64,000 nt of DNA from Octopus vulgaris. Taxonomy: Eukaryota. The position numbers were made by a program, and so were the translations under genes. This document shows, piece by piece, positions 25,195 through 39,607 of this stretch (position 1 is the first letter of the stretch; every line of letters starts with the position of its first letter). The stretch is from assembly GCA_951406725.2 (NCBI GenBank), contig OX597817.1:74090001-74154000 (forward strand), given 5' to 3'. The notes beneath the pieces are model-generated. The model worked only from the letters and a program-made list of their open reading frames with translations. It was not told the DNA's origin and did no database searches.

Positions 25195-25527
25195 CAGTGG
25201 TTCTCAACCAGGGTCCATATAAAACTTTTAGGGGTCTAAGCAACAAAATAGTAAACTAGGGATCCTGAATAGTATTTTAAGAGCCCCTGAAAACGATTTT
25301 GTTTTAGGTGTATGTATTGGTATCTATTGCAAGAAACAGCTAGATTTCGTTCACTAATAATTTATATAATTCTACCTACACAAGATTACGTTTGAAAAAT
25401 AATATAGAAATTTTGAAAGAAGTTTCTATAAAACTAGTTTTTAAACATCAAATTACTATGGGAGTCCACCAGAATAAAATAGTTATCAGAGGGGTCTATA
25501 GGTGAAAAAAGTGGTTGAGAACCCATA
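25195..25527. mobile_element. hAT-family MITE
   Basis: TIR CAGTGGTTCTCAACC / GGTTGAGAACC with degenerate 8-bp TSD ATCTAATC/ATCGAATT. Confidence 0.7.
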
Positions 25528-25790
25528 ATCGAATTAGGAGAAAGAAGAGGATATATACGACCAGACTGTAATCAGACCATGGTTTACCTGTATAATGAAG
25601 ATACAATAAAACTCCTAAAGGTCCAGCGTGTCAGATAGCCCTTCAAACTAAGATTCACCTCATATTTCTCTGTCAGTTCATGCATTTCGATGCCGGGTGG
25701 GATGTATATGAGAACAATCTATGAAGCGGGTAAGGTCATCAGTTATATCTCAAATGTAAAATTGGTGGTGCGAGAAAGAATGAAATAGCA

Positions 25791-25860
<70 letters not shown>

Positions 25861-25921
25861 ATATATATTTATATAGAGAGAGAAAGCGAGAGCGAGAGAG
25901 AGAAAGAGAGATGTGTGTATG

Positions 25922-25955
<34 letters not shown>

Positions 25956-26073
25956 CTTGCATGAATGTATGTTTTTATGTTTGTATGCATGGTTGTATGT
26001 ACATGCGCACGCACACAAGTACACATGCATACGCGCGCGCACACAGACACAAACACAAACATAAGCGCGCACA

Positions 26074-26104
<31 letters not shown>

Positions 26105-27099
26105 CGACGTACGTATATACACTACACAAGTATATAGTATTTTCTTTACCGAAGCCGACAAGTTCCGTAAAGATGGCAAGTGACTCCACGGAAAGTGCCG
26201 AAGTCTATGACGAACAAGTCACGGACTCTCAACCAGCCAGCCAGCCAGCCAACCAGCCAATCACCCAGTCAGTCACTCGGTATATGTTTGTGTGTGTGTC
26301 AGTGTTAAAGAATAAGTGTCTTCTAAATGCTATGTCTAACAAGACAAGTCAGTAGCTAACTGCTAGATAGAACTAACAATATAACTGGTTTTTATATACA
26401 AAACTCTTTATTCCTTTCTTTTATAGTTCATTTTCTCCTGTCTCCCTTCCCCCAATTGTCCATCCTCTGTTTTTCTTTTTTTTTCATAAATATTTTTAAT
26501 TTCACTCTCTCTTGTTTCCTGTCATGCCTTTCTCTTTTTTCACCTTTGTAAATGTAAAATATAAGTGTAGTATTTATATATTATCGTCTGGTACCAGGAA
26601 GAATTGTCGTTAGAACCAACTGCTCATATTCACTCGAACACGCACTCACGTATATCATACATACTTAAATCTATCTATTTATCTATCTATCTATCTATCC
26701 ACACATATATTTGATATCTACATGTATATATTACACAGACACACACACACACAATATACGTTCATATATCTAACACATTAATACACATAAAATATATCGT
26801 GTGTGTGAGTGTGTGTATGCATAAATATACATAAACACATATATGTATACAAAATAAAATATATAACTCACTCACACAAACGATAAAGACTCGAAATAGA
26901 CGGATGCATGAATAGAGAGAAAAAATGAGAGAGTAAGAAATTAATATAAAACAAAAGACAGATGAACACATAGTCTAATGCAACAGACTCAGTCAGTATA
27001 GAAAAATAAACTGTTAGATAGATACATAGACAAAGGTAGAAAGAGAAACACAGAGGCTATGTAAATAAATGAATGAGTGAGGAGGGAAAACATAGAGGC

Positions 27100-27428
27100 T
27101 ATGGGAATGAGTAACTGGGAGGAGGAGGAGGAGAAAAAAGTAAAAGTGTGTATGTGTGTGTGAGAGACAGAAAGAGAGAGTGGAGATAGAGTGAGAGAGA
27201 GAGAAAGAGAGCGCCAAGCGAAAGAGGATCAGAGTGAGTGAAAGACAAACTGGAAGTAAATGTAGGAGGAATTTCAGAGGCGCTTTCTTCGCTATGTTGG
27301 TTTTGCATTAGTAACAGTTGTTATTATAATATTAATCGAAATACACAAACAGTTTAAGCTCCGAGTATATGATTCCGGCTTTAGGTGTTTTTTTACACTT
27401 TTTATTTTATTTTTGGTGAGCATGGAGG
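27100..27428 (+). promoter_or_regulatory. probable proximal promoter/5' UTR of the TMTC2-like gene (GA-rich tract then unique sequence)
   Basis: Position directly upstream of the first coding exon, with (GA)n at ~27160-27210. The TSS cannot be determined from sequence. Confidence 0.3.
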
Positions 27429-27523
27429 ATGGAGCACTATTATCCCACATTGGTGATTACAGGTGCAGCCGCTTTTCTTTTATACATCAACACCTTCGAT
27501 GCAGATTTTGCCTACGACGACAG
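27429..27523 (+). CDS. TMTC2: first coding exon of a TMTC2-like protein O-mannosyltransferase (transmembrane and TPR repeat-containing)
   Basis: Translates MEHYYPTLVITGAAAFLLYINTFDADFAYDD(S), matching the recalled TMTC2 N-terminus (...LALYLNTLSADFCYDDSR). Ends at consensus donor CAG|GTGAGT in phase 2 within the Ser codon. ATG is in an A-3/G+4 context. Confidence 0.88.
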
Positions 27524-28060
27524 GTGAGTTCTCAGAGAAAGATTATATTTTTAATATTATTATTTGTGTATTTTTGTTTTTCTTTGGGTTATTTTTCTCC
27601 CTTGTTTATTTTTATTTTATAATCTTTTCCCTCACCCCGCGGACCTTGCTTTATTTTCTTTATCTTGAATATACTGATTAATTATTTAATTAATTAATTA
27701 ATTAATGACTACGACTTGAAATACTTGATTTACTTGCACACATACATGTTTCTTACACACGCATGTTTTATATATATATATATATATATCTGTGCGTGTG
27801 TGTACGATCTATAGACAAGCTTATCTATCTCTGCGTGTTTCATATACACATATCTAGATACACATGTAAAGCAAGCACATGTATATATCCTCGCATATGT
27901 ATAATGCATATATTTGAACACGCACTCACACGCTGAACAACATACTCTTCAACACATACATACATATACTTATCTTCACAATACACTGTTACATGCATAC
28001 ACATGTATATTTACATACGCACACTATACATACATTCGCACAAACTCATGTGTTTGTGTG

Positions 28061-28093
<33 letters not shown>

Positions 28094-29213
28094 GATATAT
28101 ATACGCACAAAACGTGCTTGTTTCCAGTTTTGTTTCGCTCTGAGAAATATTTTAATCAAAACACCGGAATAGTTGTTGCTGCTGTTTAGCCCCAGGACAA
28201 CTGTGATCGATTAGTATTTACGCTCAAAGCTGTTGCAGACGTGACCATACTAATACTATTCTTTTGAATATATCCGACTATATTTTTCAGTGTGCCCTTC
28301 CTTATTCCATTTTTGTTCCCTACAGTAGGATGTGCAGTGAGGAAGGTTTCGTTGCTATTTTGTGCAACTACGTAGAAGTTCCTTCGTTGGCTAGACATCG
28401 GACTGGTTGTTGTTCTTGAAGCCTCCACTTGTCGGTCAATCAATCCCACTTAGACCTACAATCAAAGGCATTCCATCCGTAACTGTTGCATCGTTTTTGG
28501 TAGAGATAAAAGGACTATATGATCCAATGCAACCCTCTTTTTAGTAAGTCTTTTAGTTTACTACTGGAGTAAAATTCGACTGCTACTTCTAGCATGTAGA
28601 ATAACAGCATAGTGGGTCCCTCTTTCGCTTGACACCGGACTAGTTGCTCTATACAGTATCTTTATCAGCGAACTGTATACTATAATCATGTTGGTGATTC
28701 ACATACCGGTATACCGGTATCTGATACTTAATCTATGAATTAATCATTCTATTTAATTCTTTAAGGTGAAGTTGGGCAATAAAATACACTTCAAGTATAA
28801 AAAATAATATACGGCATCTGTTCTTTTTTTATTTATAGATTTTTGTGACACCGTTTCTACTTTCGAATATTGCCGTCCCTTATGTATATCAACAAATCAA
28901 TTTTCTCTACTTTTCCATTTTTTTTTTAAACCATTTTTACTGAGTATAGTCAAATTACTTTTGTAATCTGTACTCTCCAATAATTTTATTATTCACTTCC
29001 AAGTATACACACACACACACACCTAATATCCCTCCATCAATTTCAGTTTGTTTTATCGATATCTATTCATCGAACAGCTTGAGTACGGGACATAGAGGAA
29101 CAATGCAAACATAATTTATACATATTTGTATGTATGTATATATATATATATATATATATGTGTGTGGGGGGTGTATGTATATATATATATATATATGTGT
29201 GGGGGGGTGTATG

Positions 29214-29244
<31 letters not shown>

Positions 29245-30954
29245 GCGTGTATATCATGTATATATATGTATGTATGCGTATGCGTGTATATCATGTGTAT
29301 ATGTATATATGTATATATATGTGTGTGTGTGTGTGTACCTGCACACTGTGAGCTCCTTCAGTTCCTATCTACCAAATACACACTATTGGCCATCACGAGT
29401 ACATGTTGTTCATGGTACTGCACCCACTAGGATCGAACACAGTGCCACGTGGTTGTGTACTTCTTAACTACGCTTTCTTTCTCATACGCGCGCTCACCAT
29501 ATGTGTGAGTGTGTGTGTGTGTGTGTGTGTATACATACATACACATACATACGCAAAACATTTTAGACACTTATGCCTAAACGAATGCACATACATGTGG
29601 GATATGTGTGGATGTGTGCGCAAATTCGATGCGGTATTACTATGAAATATATTCAATGTCCATCATTTTAAATTTGTCCAAGAATGATGAGTAAGATGTG
29701 TTTCACCAAATCATGTGTACAGTACCAGTGCATAATGTAGAGATGTTCTGTGAATGATGAAAGAATAATAAGTAATGAATGTTGCATGTGATGTAGTTAT
29801 TGGTAGCATTTCAACACAGCGGCTATGCACGTCCGCGCGTGTATATGTATTGTTAATTGTAACTACAGACAGCCGTCGATCAGTGTGTGTGTGAGTGTAT
29901 TGTTTGTTTTTATGTCAGTTATAATAAAAAATAGTTTTACATTAATTTGACGGGTTACTCTGTATTTTTATACAGTACAAATGTATTATTCTTAAACAGG
30001 GATGTTGTTGATAATGACTCCGAAGTTTTGGCCAGTTGAGCCATCGTCGTCGGTCTGTTGCTATTCTGAGTTTCACCTGAAGGTGTATAGGGTCTCAGGA
30101 AAGTTATAGCTTACATGAAGATCATGTATATCTACAGGTGAAATTTAGAGTGGCAAGAGTCTGACTAACTCGATCAATATAAAATATACTATTGATATCT
30201 GTGGTATTGTGTACCTTTTTTTCTAACATTCATCACTAAATGGACATACATATATATATATATATAGTCAGCCAAGTGAGGTCTCTTCTCTGTGTCTAGA
30301 GCCCGGCTTGCCAAAAACTATTATGCGCATACACATTCATACATATCTGAGAAAACGAATAGGAGAAATACATGTATATATTGTAAGGGTTATTTATTTA
30401 TTTAATTATTCATTCATTTAGACATTAATACCGCATTTAGTAAGGAATTGCGTCGTTGATTGTAGGTTTTCACCGGTCTAGTCACTAACTGATTGACCAT
30501 ATTTCTAATAACGACAGTGACAAGGGAGTGTCTGCTACTCGGTGTAGAACAAATACCTTCATAAACCATGCAAAACACCGGTTTGATTTTGCTTTTTTGT
30601 CTCGCCGTACGCAAATATTTCGCCTACCAAGTTCACTCCTATCGCCCAGTTTAACACCATGAACTGGTCCCTAGCTAAACTCTAGTGTGGAAAAGCTCCC
30701 ACTTAGCAAACATTTCGGGTCAGGTCTCCTGTTCATGGATCACTTTTTCCTCGCCTACTTACCTCGGGGAATGTTAGGTCGTTCGAACTGCGATGCCATA
30801 CTATATCATGTTAATTTTTCTGGCGACAGTTGAAGAATTTGGCTACAATTACCTTACAGAAGTGCCAAATAATGGGATCAAACCCGGCACCAAGTGTATG
30901 CGAAGTGATCTTTTTCATTTTACTTCCATGTCTTCTGTGTGCAGGTTTCAATCT

Positions 30955-31591
30955 TTTTATCTTTTATCTTTTACTTGCTTCAGTAATTGAATTGCGGGCA
31001 TGTAGGGTTTACCCGAACAGATCGACCTCCCCACCAACCCACCAGTACTTGTTTTTAAAGTCTGGTATGTATTCTACAGGTCGCTATTGCTCAACCGTTA
31101 AGCTACAGGTATGTAAACAAGCCAGCACCGGTTGTGGTGTGGTAGTGGTGGACAAACAACACATACATGCTTACACGCACGCGCACATAAGTACACACAC
31201 GATGGGCTTCTTAAGGCTTCGGTCTGCACTGGATTGTCGTAGGAGACACTTTCCCAAGGTGCTGCACAGTGAGACTGAACTCAAGACCACATGTTTGAGA
31301 AGCATCTTACCCATGCAACCTCCCTTGCGCCTATTTACCACTACAATCAACCGCGGCGGAGGATTGTAGTGCTATACCTACCTTCTGATCTATCGAACTA
31401 TAGTTTTAAATACATATAATAACAAATATATTCATTCATTTCGAGTTAATGTTTCTCTCTTTCGCAGTTTACGATTTTCGAGTGATTACAACACTGTCAC
31501 GTTCCTTATGTCAATAGAAAAAAGTGACATGCAGACGAACATTCACGTTTACACGGGCACATAAAATAGAATTTCTCTCCGACACTCTTTC

Positions 31592-31628
<37 letters not shown>

Positions 31629-31905
31629 GAAAGAATCAGCCCCAGCTGGTGTTTATCTTATCGTGACGAACAACTATTATAGGGAAATAAACACACCAAC
31701 ACTGGTTGACAAGCGGTAGTGAGGGACAAAACAGGCACACAACATGACGGGTTTCTTTTAGTTTCCATCTATTAAATCCACTCACAAGGGTTTGGTCGGC
31801 CCGAAGCTAAAGTAGAAGACACTTGCCCAGATCACGCAGTGGGACCGAACCCGGAACCACGTGGTTGGGAAGCAAACTTCTTAACTCAGAGGTACTCTTG
31901 CGCCT
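30955..31905 (-). mobile_element. two diverged SINE family A copies
   Basis: Degenerate reverse-complement matches at ~30955-31332 and ~31620-31905. Confidence 0.7.
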
Positions 31906-31907
31906 CC

Positions 31908-31950
<43 letters not shown>

Positions 31951-32218
31951 CACATACGTGTATGTATGTATGTATGTATCTATCTATCTACATATATATG
32001 TATAGCTATATATATTCATGTATATGTGTGTGTGTGCGTGTTTGTTCTAGTATGTATGTATATATGTATATATACACTTCGTTTTTCTATTTGGTTTGCA
32101 AGGTTCCTGATGTGACTTCGTGCGTTGAAGCAGATCCTGTCTTGGGAGGGCCATAACGCCAATAGTAATAATAATAACAATAAACACAGGCACTGGTTCT
32201 GCATCACTTCTTTATTGC

Positions 32219-32249
<31 letters not shown>

Positions 32250-32296
32250 TCTATCCTTTAAAATACATTAAAAATATGTTATGAATTTTCCTTCGC

Positions 32297-32508
<212 letters not shown>

Positions 32509-33344
32509 GTATATCTATATAATTATCGACATATATACGTACACATACACATTTTTATTTTCGTCTTTCACCTGCATGTTCAAAGGGTCATCGGGGCAAA
32601 GTTGACTGGAGATTTTTGTTGGATACATACATATATACACATACATGATAATTGTCATAGGGTGGAAGAAATAAAAATAAAATGGAAAAATAGGAAGAAA
32701 ATAGGGAAAAAAAGGGAAGGAGTAAGGAAGAGTGTAGTAGTAGGTGAGGGGAGATTAAAGTAAGTTGGAAAGGTGTCAATTCAATAAAAGATTTCAGTAA
32801 AAATAAATAAAAGAAAATAGGCAAATACGTAAATAAATAAACTTGAACTGAAGACAATTTGAATGATTTGTAGGAGGAACACTGATTCTGTCGTTTCTCA
32901 TTCAATTTTATTTAGGAGGAACAATTCCATCCCATTAAATTATAAGTCTTATTGACTGCGTATTCTACAGGTACTTGTATCCAATACAGGATTGTTACGT
33001 TGGAATCAGTGTGACAGGTCGTTTGTGCCATTATCTAACATAGTGTAATACAGCCCATATGACTGCGTGTGTGGGACGGAAACTAAAAGAAATCCATCAT
33101 ATATATATATACTTTGATAGGTTTCGGCCATTATTGGCCCAGGCCATGTCTAACTTAATAGCACCACCTGGTACTATATATATATATATATATGTAAATG
33201 GCGGTGCCCCAGCATGGCCACAGCTCGTGAGCTGAAACTAGAATCAATCAATCAATCAATATGTAGTACAAATAATAAAGAGCATGTTGAAGTAGCATTT
33301 CATAAATTTTAATTTACATTTTCATTTAATAATAGTAGTTATAC

Positions 33345-33757
33345 ATACTCTTTCATTCGTTTACTTGTTTCAGTCATTTGACTGCGGCCATGCTGCAGCA
33401 CTGCCTTGAAGGGTTTCGTCGAACAAATCGACCGCAGGACTGATTTTTTAAGCCTAGTACATACTCTATACGACTTTTTTTGCCGAACCGCTGTCACGGG
33501 GATGTAAACACACCAGCACCGGCACACATACAGTCACATAAACACAGACACACATAGGCGTACGCGCGCGCTCACATACACACAGATATATACAACAGGC
33601 TTCTTCCAGTTTCCGTTTACCAAATCTGCTCACAAACCTTTGGTCGGCTTGAGGCTATTGTAGAAGACACTTCTTGCCCAAGGTCCCATGCAGTGAGACT
33701 GAACCCGGAACCATGTGGTTGGGAATCAAGTTTCTTAACCACACATCCACACCTGCG

Positions 33758-33790
<33 letters not shown>

Positions 33791-34175
33791 TCTTTTACTT
33801 GTTTCAGTTTTTTGACTGTGGCCATGCTGGAGCACCGCCTTTAATCGAGCAACTCGACCCCGGGACTTATTCTTTTGTAAGCCCAGTACTTATTCTATCG
33901 GTCTCTTTTGCCGAACCGCTAAGTGACGGGGACATAAACACACCAGCATCGGTTGTCAAGCAATGCTAGGGGGACAAACACAAACACACATACACGCATA
34001 TATACATATATACGACGGGCTTCTTTCAGTTTCCGTCTACCAAATCCACTCACAAGGCTTTGGTCGGCCCGAGGCTATAGTAGAAGACACTTGCCCATGA
34101 TGCCACGCAGTGGGACTGAACCCGGAACCATGTGGTTGGTAAACAAGCTACTTACCACACAGCCACTCCTGCGCC
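33345..34175 (-). mobile_element. two tandem SINE family A copies (33345-33760, 33788-34175)
   Basis: Reverse complements of 21970-22391 separated by (TA)n. Confidence 0.9.
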
Positions 34176-35048
34176 TATATATATATATGCGTATGTGTGT
34201 GGACGATGGGCTTCTTTCAGTTTCGTATCATAAGAATTTAGAAACTTTGTGAGAACACGAAATAATTTGTTTTTAACCGTAGAACTCGAAATAGATAAAG
34301 CTATTAATAATCCTATGTATTATAAGATACAAAGCCTGAAATTTGGGAGGAGACGGACCAGTCGATTACATCGACCCCCGTGCTTTGGCTGGTACTCGGT
34401 TTATTGGCCCTGAAAGTTTGAAAGGTAAAGAAGTTGACCTCGGAGTAATTCGAAGTCAGAACGTAAAGACGGACGCAATGCTGCTAAGCATTTGCCAGAC
34501 GTTCTAACGATTCCACCAGCTCGCCGATTTAAAGCCATTGATAATAGCTTGTAAATACACACGAAGACATACACATATATGCCTCTAGGTGCGCGCTTGT
34601 TTTAGTGTTGATATTGCACAACAATTGTAAATGAACATCTATCATTCGAGCAGTGTCATTCGTTTCCAATATTAAGTGGAAACTTGTCTGTGTGTGGTGG
34701 TGGGGGGGGGGGGCGCATGCCCTTTATTTAAAATGAATCCAACAACGAGGGTCTGAATGGTTGTTGTGACCACCGCTGATTATATCCAGAAGCTAGATTC
34801 CAGCTGTGACCATCCTGTATCTTTCTTGTGTGCAACTATCGCTCAATATAACTAAGACAGCAACCGAAAGATTAGCCCTTTTCTTGTAAATTTACTTCAG
34901 ACTCAAATAGTTACCTGCATCTTACAAAAACTCAGGTGTACGAAAGAATTTAATGTTTGCTACCATATTTGGGATGTACTGATGCTGCACATTCAGACAT
35001 CCTAATCCGCATTCGAAAGATTCAGTTGAGTGGCACAATATATTAGAC

Positions 35049-35256
35049 CCGTGTTCCCCAACATACTTTCCAGAAAAATGCATGCCCCACCGGTGGTTTG
35101 GAAAAAAAGCATAGTATGGTTGCTGCGAAAAAAAGATTTTCACACTTTTATGTCCCACAAAAAAAATAAATAAATAAAATAAAATAAATAAATTTGGATC
35201 CCACAGTTGTCCCAGGCTCCACCGGTGGGGCGTATGCTCCACGTTGAGAACCACTG
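35049..35256. mobile_element. hAT-family MITE
   Basis: Ends CCGTGTTCCCCAAC / GTTGAGAACCACTG with TSD TATTAGAC/TCTTAGAC. Confidence 0.72.
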
Positions 35257-35454
35257 TCTTAGACATTCTCTACCCTAACAGGCTTTCTGTCTCCTCACTT
35301 TACTATCTTATCTGGTTTGATCATAATGACCTCTGTTTCTTGGAATTGGTTGGTTCTCAATTTCTTCATTCATCTCTCCCCTTTCTCTTTCTCTAATCAT
35401 TCATTTTGTGTCCATTTAGTGCTTATGTATGAGAAATAACCAAAATCGTTACAT

Positions 35455-35889
35455 TGGTTTAAAATTTTGGTACAAGACCAGTAATTTCTGGGGAGGGGAG
35501 TAAGTCGATTACATCAACCCCAGTGTTTGACTGGTACTTATTTCATCGACCCCGAAAGGAATCTGTGAATTTGAACTCTTAACGTTAACACGGACGAAAT
35601 ATCGCTAAGCATTTTGCCCAGCGTGCTAACGATTCTGCCAGCACCCCGTCTTAACCAAAATCATATTCTTTTCTACTCTAGGCACAAAGCCCGAAATTTT
35701 GGGGGAGTGGGGGGAGAGGCAGTCGATTCGATCGACCTCAGTACGCAACTGGTAATTAATTTATCGACCCCGAAAGGATGAAAGGCAAAGTCGACCTCGG
35801 CGGAATTTGAACTCACAACGTAACGGCAGACGAAATACGGCTACGCATTTCGCCCGGCGTGCTAACGGTTCTGCCAGCTCGCCGCCTTA
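35455..35889 (-). mobile_element. two tandem SINE family B copies
   Basis: Head-to-tail copies with two different tail types. Confidence 0.85.
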
Positions 35890-36589
35890 AACAAAGTATT
35901 ACGTTCGTTAAACTTTGAAATTCCACAACTTTAATACGATACCATGTACATTACTCATCGATTGTCAATATATTATTCGCATATAGCATATATGACATAA
36001 CATTACATTAATTAAATTAATTATATGAATTTAAAATTAGTTCTGTGACGGTTTCTCATGGCGTATAAGCTACCCCAAGAATACAATACTCTCCACTACC
36101 GCCTCGAAGGACGCCAGGTTAACCTCCTGCTGTTGCTAATTTTCACCTGAATAGACCGGAACAATGAGAAAATTATTTTTGCTCAGTCACACAACGCGCT
36201 ACTCGGTCTAGAAATAAAAACCACGACCGTAGGATGTTGAGTCCCCACAACACAGCCACTAGGAAAATAAAATCTAGCAAAGTAATGATTTCTAAGGCTA
36301 ACAGTTTTGATAGGGGAGAGGAACGACCTTGAACGGATGGATGAAAGGCCAAGTTGACCTCGATGGGGATTTGATCTCAGAAATGTAAAGATTTCGGAAC
36401 AAATGCCGCTAAGCATTTTGTCCAACGGTCTAAAATTTCTACCTGCTCGCCTCCTTAAAATCTATCGAAATGATATGAGGGAGTGATTATGAATATGATG
36501 GTGATAATAGAATTTCTCAATTTTAAAAAATTGGATATCCCCCAATTTCCCCCTTAGAATCCTGAAATATCCCCAAGTTAAGAGTAATG

Positions 36590-37320
36590 ATAATTGTGGT
36601 CATTCCTAGTCAATGAATCGAACTTGTCAAAGACATTCCACTTATGACTATTCCCTCTTCATGTATATATATCTAAGACTAAATCTTCTAATGTGTTTGT
36701 TCCTTTTTATTATGACGGTAGGCAGTCTGATTTAGATGGAGTTTCGATTCCTTATGACGGGAGGATGTTTTAATTTAGAGATAGTTTTAACTGGTGCTTT
36801 TGAAACGGATCCCTCATCTCACGTGTGCTTGTTTATAGTAACCGGTTGTTATTGTTTAACCTCAGGTCAAACCTCATCGAACACACTTAGGATTAAAGGC
36901 ATTCTAGTTTTGACTAATCCCATCTTTTTTATGTGCAAGAATCCCTGATCACATTATTCAATATAGCTTTCTCTAAAATTGTGAGTGTATGATTTGAGGA
37001 AAATATGACTGCCATTTCTAGCATTTCGAACTACCACAAAAAGGCTGTTGGTATGTCACCGGTGTATTGTTATATGTGTATAGCTACATACTGACCGATT
37101 TCTCTATCTATGTATACCTGTATGTATACGGTGACGTGTCATACCCTAGGTCAATTAGCTCTTGATCGAACCGACCTGTCATAAAAGGCCTTCTTATTTG
37201 ACGGAATCCAAGATAACGCTCTGTAGGGTGTCCTATTTATAAGTTGACAGGTAGATTGTGATTTAAATGAAATCTGGCTGTTATTTCTAGCAGATCGTGT
37301 GACCACAATGAACCTGCCTG
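36590..37320 (-). mobile_element. three tandem copies of an old retroposon-like repeat (family X, (CAA)n tail on the minus strand)
   Basis: Motif TGTGATTTGAG..A.AT.TGGCTGCTATTTCTAGCA recurs here and at ~28450-28625, 38285-38470, 41280-41390, 42700-42775 (opposite strand), 43615-43770, 47250-50620 (split by the Helitron), 52310-52680 and 56335-56530. Confidence 0.65.
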
Positions 37321-39607
37321 TATTTGTACATATTAATGATATGACACCCACTACGGTATGTGTGTTTATGTGTGCTTAGTAGTGGAGTTTCACTTGTATT
37401 TCATACGACGTTTATTGTATGTGATAGGGATGTTTGTGTTTGTATGTAGTTATGTACAAAATTAAACAAACCAAAAAAAAATGAGCACACATGCCTACGC
37501 TTACACGTTGGTTGATTCTTGTAAATATGCAAAAAAATAATATACCCTATTAAAAATGTTACGACTAAACAAAGTCCCCGGAGACTAGAGCTAGAGTTGT
37601 TAAGAGTTGTGGGGAAGGGTTGTGTGTGTGCGCGCGCGCGTGTTTGAGTTTGCACATAAAAAGGAAAAGTACTCAATAGAGAAGTAGAGTGTAATTATTA
37701 ATTTTAGTCTTATGTATTAGTTTTTTTGATGTTCATTTTTGTATGCGTGTCTGTATGTATGTATGTAGACACACATATATGTAACGTGCAGGTGTGTTTA
37801 TAAAATATTTAGAGAATAAGGTGTATACATGTTTCGTTTATGTACCTGTTTAGTGTGCGTATGCAATATACAGGTATGTATGCTATTCAACAAGAATAAT
37901 GTTGATAGTGGCTTCGAAGGTTCGGTTTGCTTAGTTTTCATCGGACGTATATACACACACACATATATATGTATATATATATATTATTTGCTAATATCTT
38001 TTCGCTGCTCCTGGTTTGTGTATGTAACAGTAGTCGTCAAATTTTAACGAATATTTATTGTTGGGGATGTCCATGATGTAATGTTAGCTTCAGTATGTAG
38101 TAGTAGTAGTAGTAGTAGTAACAGCAGCAGCAGCAACTATGTATGTGTTTACAAACAAGTGGTATGTCGTCTATGTATGTGGGAGATGGTATTTGAATAC
38201 CAAGCGCCCACATACACATATCTGAGAAAGAACGTGTTTATATATGAAAGCTTTTCGTGGATGTTGTTATCGACACGAATTCATTAAGCAAGCATATGAT
38301 CAAAGACGTACAAGCTGTGACCATTTCATCATTCCTATTGATACAAGTATATCTAGAATTAAATAAACCAATGTGCACATTATTTTTCCTCTTCTTAAGA
38401 TCGTAGTGTTATTTTGAGTGAAATCTGGCTGCTTTATCTCAGTGGTCTAGTGTTAGCTGTGTAGACTGCGAGTGTGGTGAACCCCCTCGATCGTATTCGA
38501 ATTCTGATATCACACCCCCGATGAAGTTTCGAAAACTTTGTTTTAAAAAACATCATTCCAGCTTTAAGACCCTAACAACCGTAAACTTGCATTCTATGAG
38601 TTAGCAAAATTAAATATAATTTTTCCCGGCAAAGATGTGAGCGCACAACTTCTTTATGTAGCACATGTGATTTGACCCCCAGCTTCTACAAATAAAATAA
38701 AATTTTCCCTCGCAGGTTTTATTATCTTTTTGTCATTTGTGTTGTTTGGAAAATCTCAGTAGTTTGTAGGATTATTTCCAAGTGTATCTGTGTATGTTAT
38801 TTGTGTATCTCTGAGTATATGTACATGACCCAGCGGCTAAGAATTCACCTCGCAGTTATGAAATCTCGCGTTCAATCCTATGGCAGGATATTTTGAGCAA
38901 GTGCCTTTTACCATTATCTCGCGGGTCGACCCAAGTTTTGCCTGTGAAATCGAGTAGAATAAACTATGGAAGACTGTCGGATACATTTGCAAAATCTTTT
39001 GAGCATCGAGTTGAATACCTCGTGGTATTGCTCCGCTCATCGAAGGCATCTTTGCTTTTCATCCCTTCAGGGTTGACAAAAAACGGGTGGAGGCGGAAAG
39101 CACTAATTAAGGTTGTTGGCATTGGCGGAACTACAAGAACGTTGAACCGCATGTCCTGTAATATTTGCCCTAGCTCTTTGCATTCTGAGTTTAAATCGTA
39201 GAATGGCTTATTAAGGTATTTACACTTAATCAATCGCCCGGTTTAGCACCACCACCTAGTACCTTTGGTTCTTTTAGCGGAATCCATTCTGTTGCAAGGC
39301 CTTTGGTGGTCAGGTCTTCGCTATCTACCTCTCATTCTCCCATCAGCCTCGGTGGCTTTGTAAAAGTCATGAATATTGCTTATATTCCTGATTGAAAGCA
39401 AAAGAAAAAAGAACTGAAATTTGATTTCTTTCTGGTCAAGTCGTTATCTTCGTTTTCGCAAACATTAGAATCCAAAAAAATTTTTGAATATAAAAAAAAG
39501 AAAAAAAAGATGGATGTCTATTCAACATGTTCATTTTCAGTCTGTGATATAAATCAAATTTTTGTAGTTTATGTCTATTTTTGTTTTGCATTATTTTCTG
39601 ATATATA

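Noticed and set aside
28703-28720. Perfect 18-bp palindrome ATACCGGTATACCGGTAT
   Set aside because: Explained by tandem duplication of an 8-bp self-complementary unit. No further support for function.
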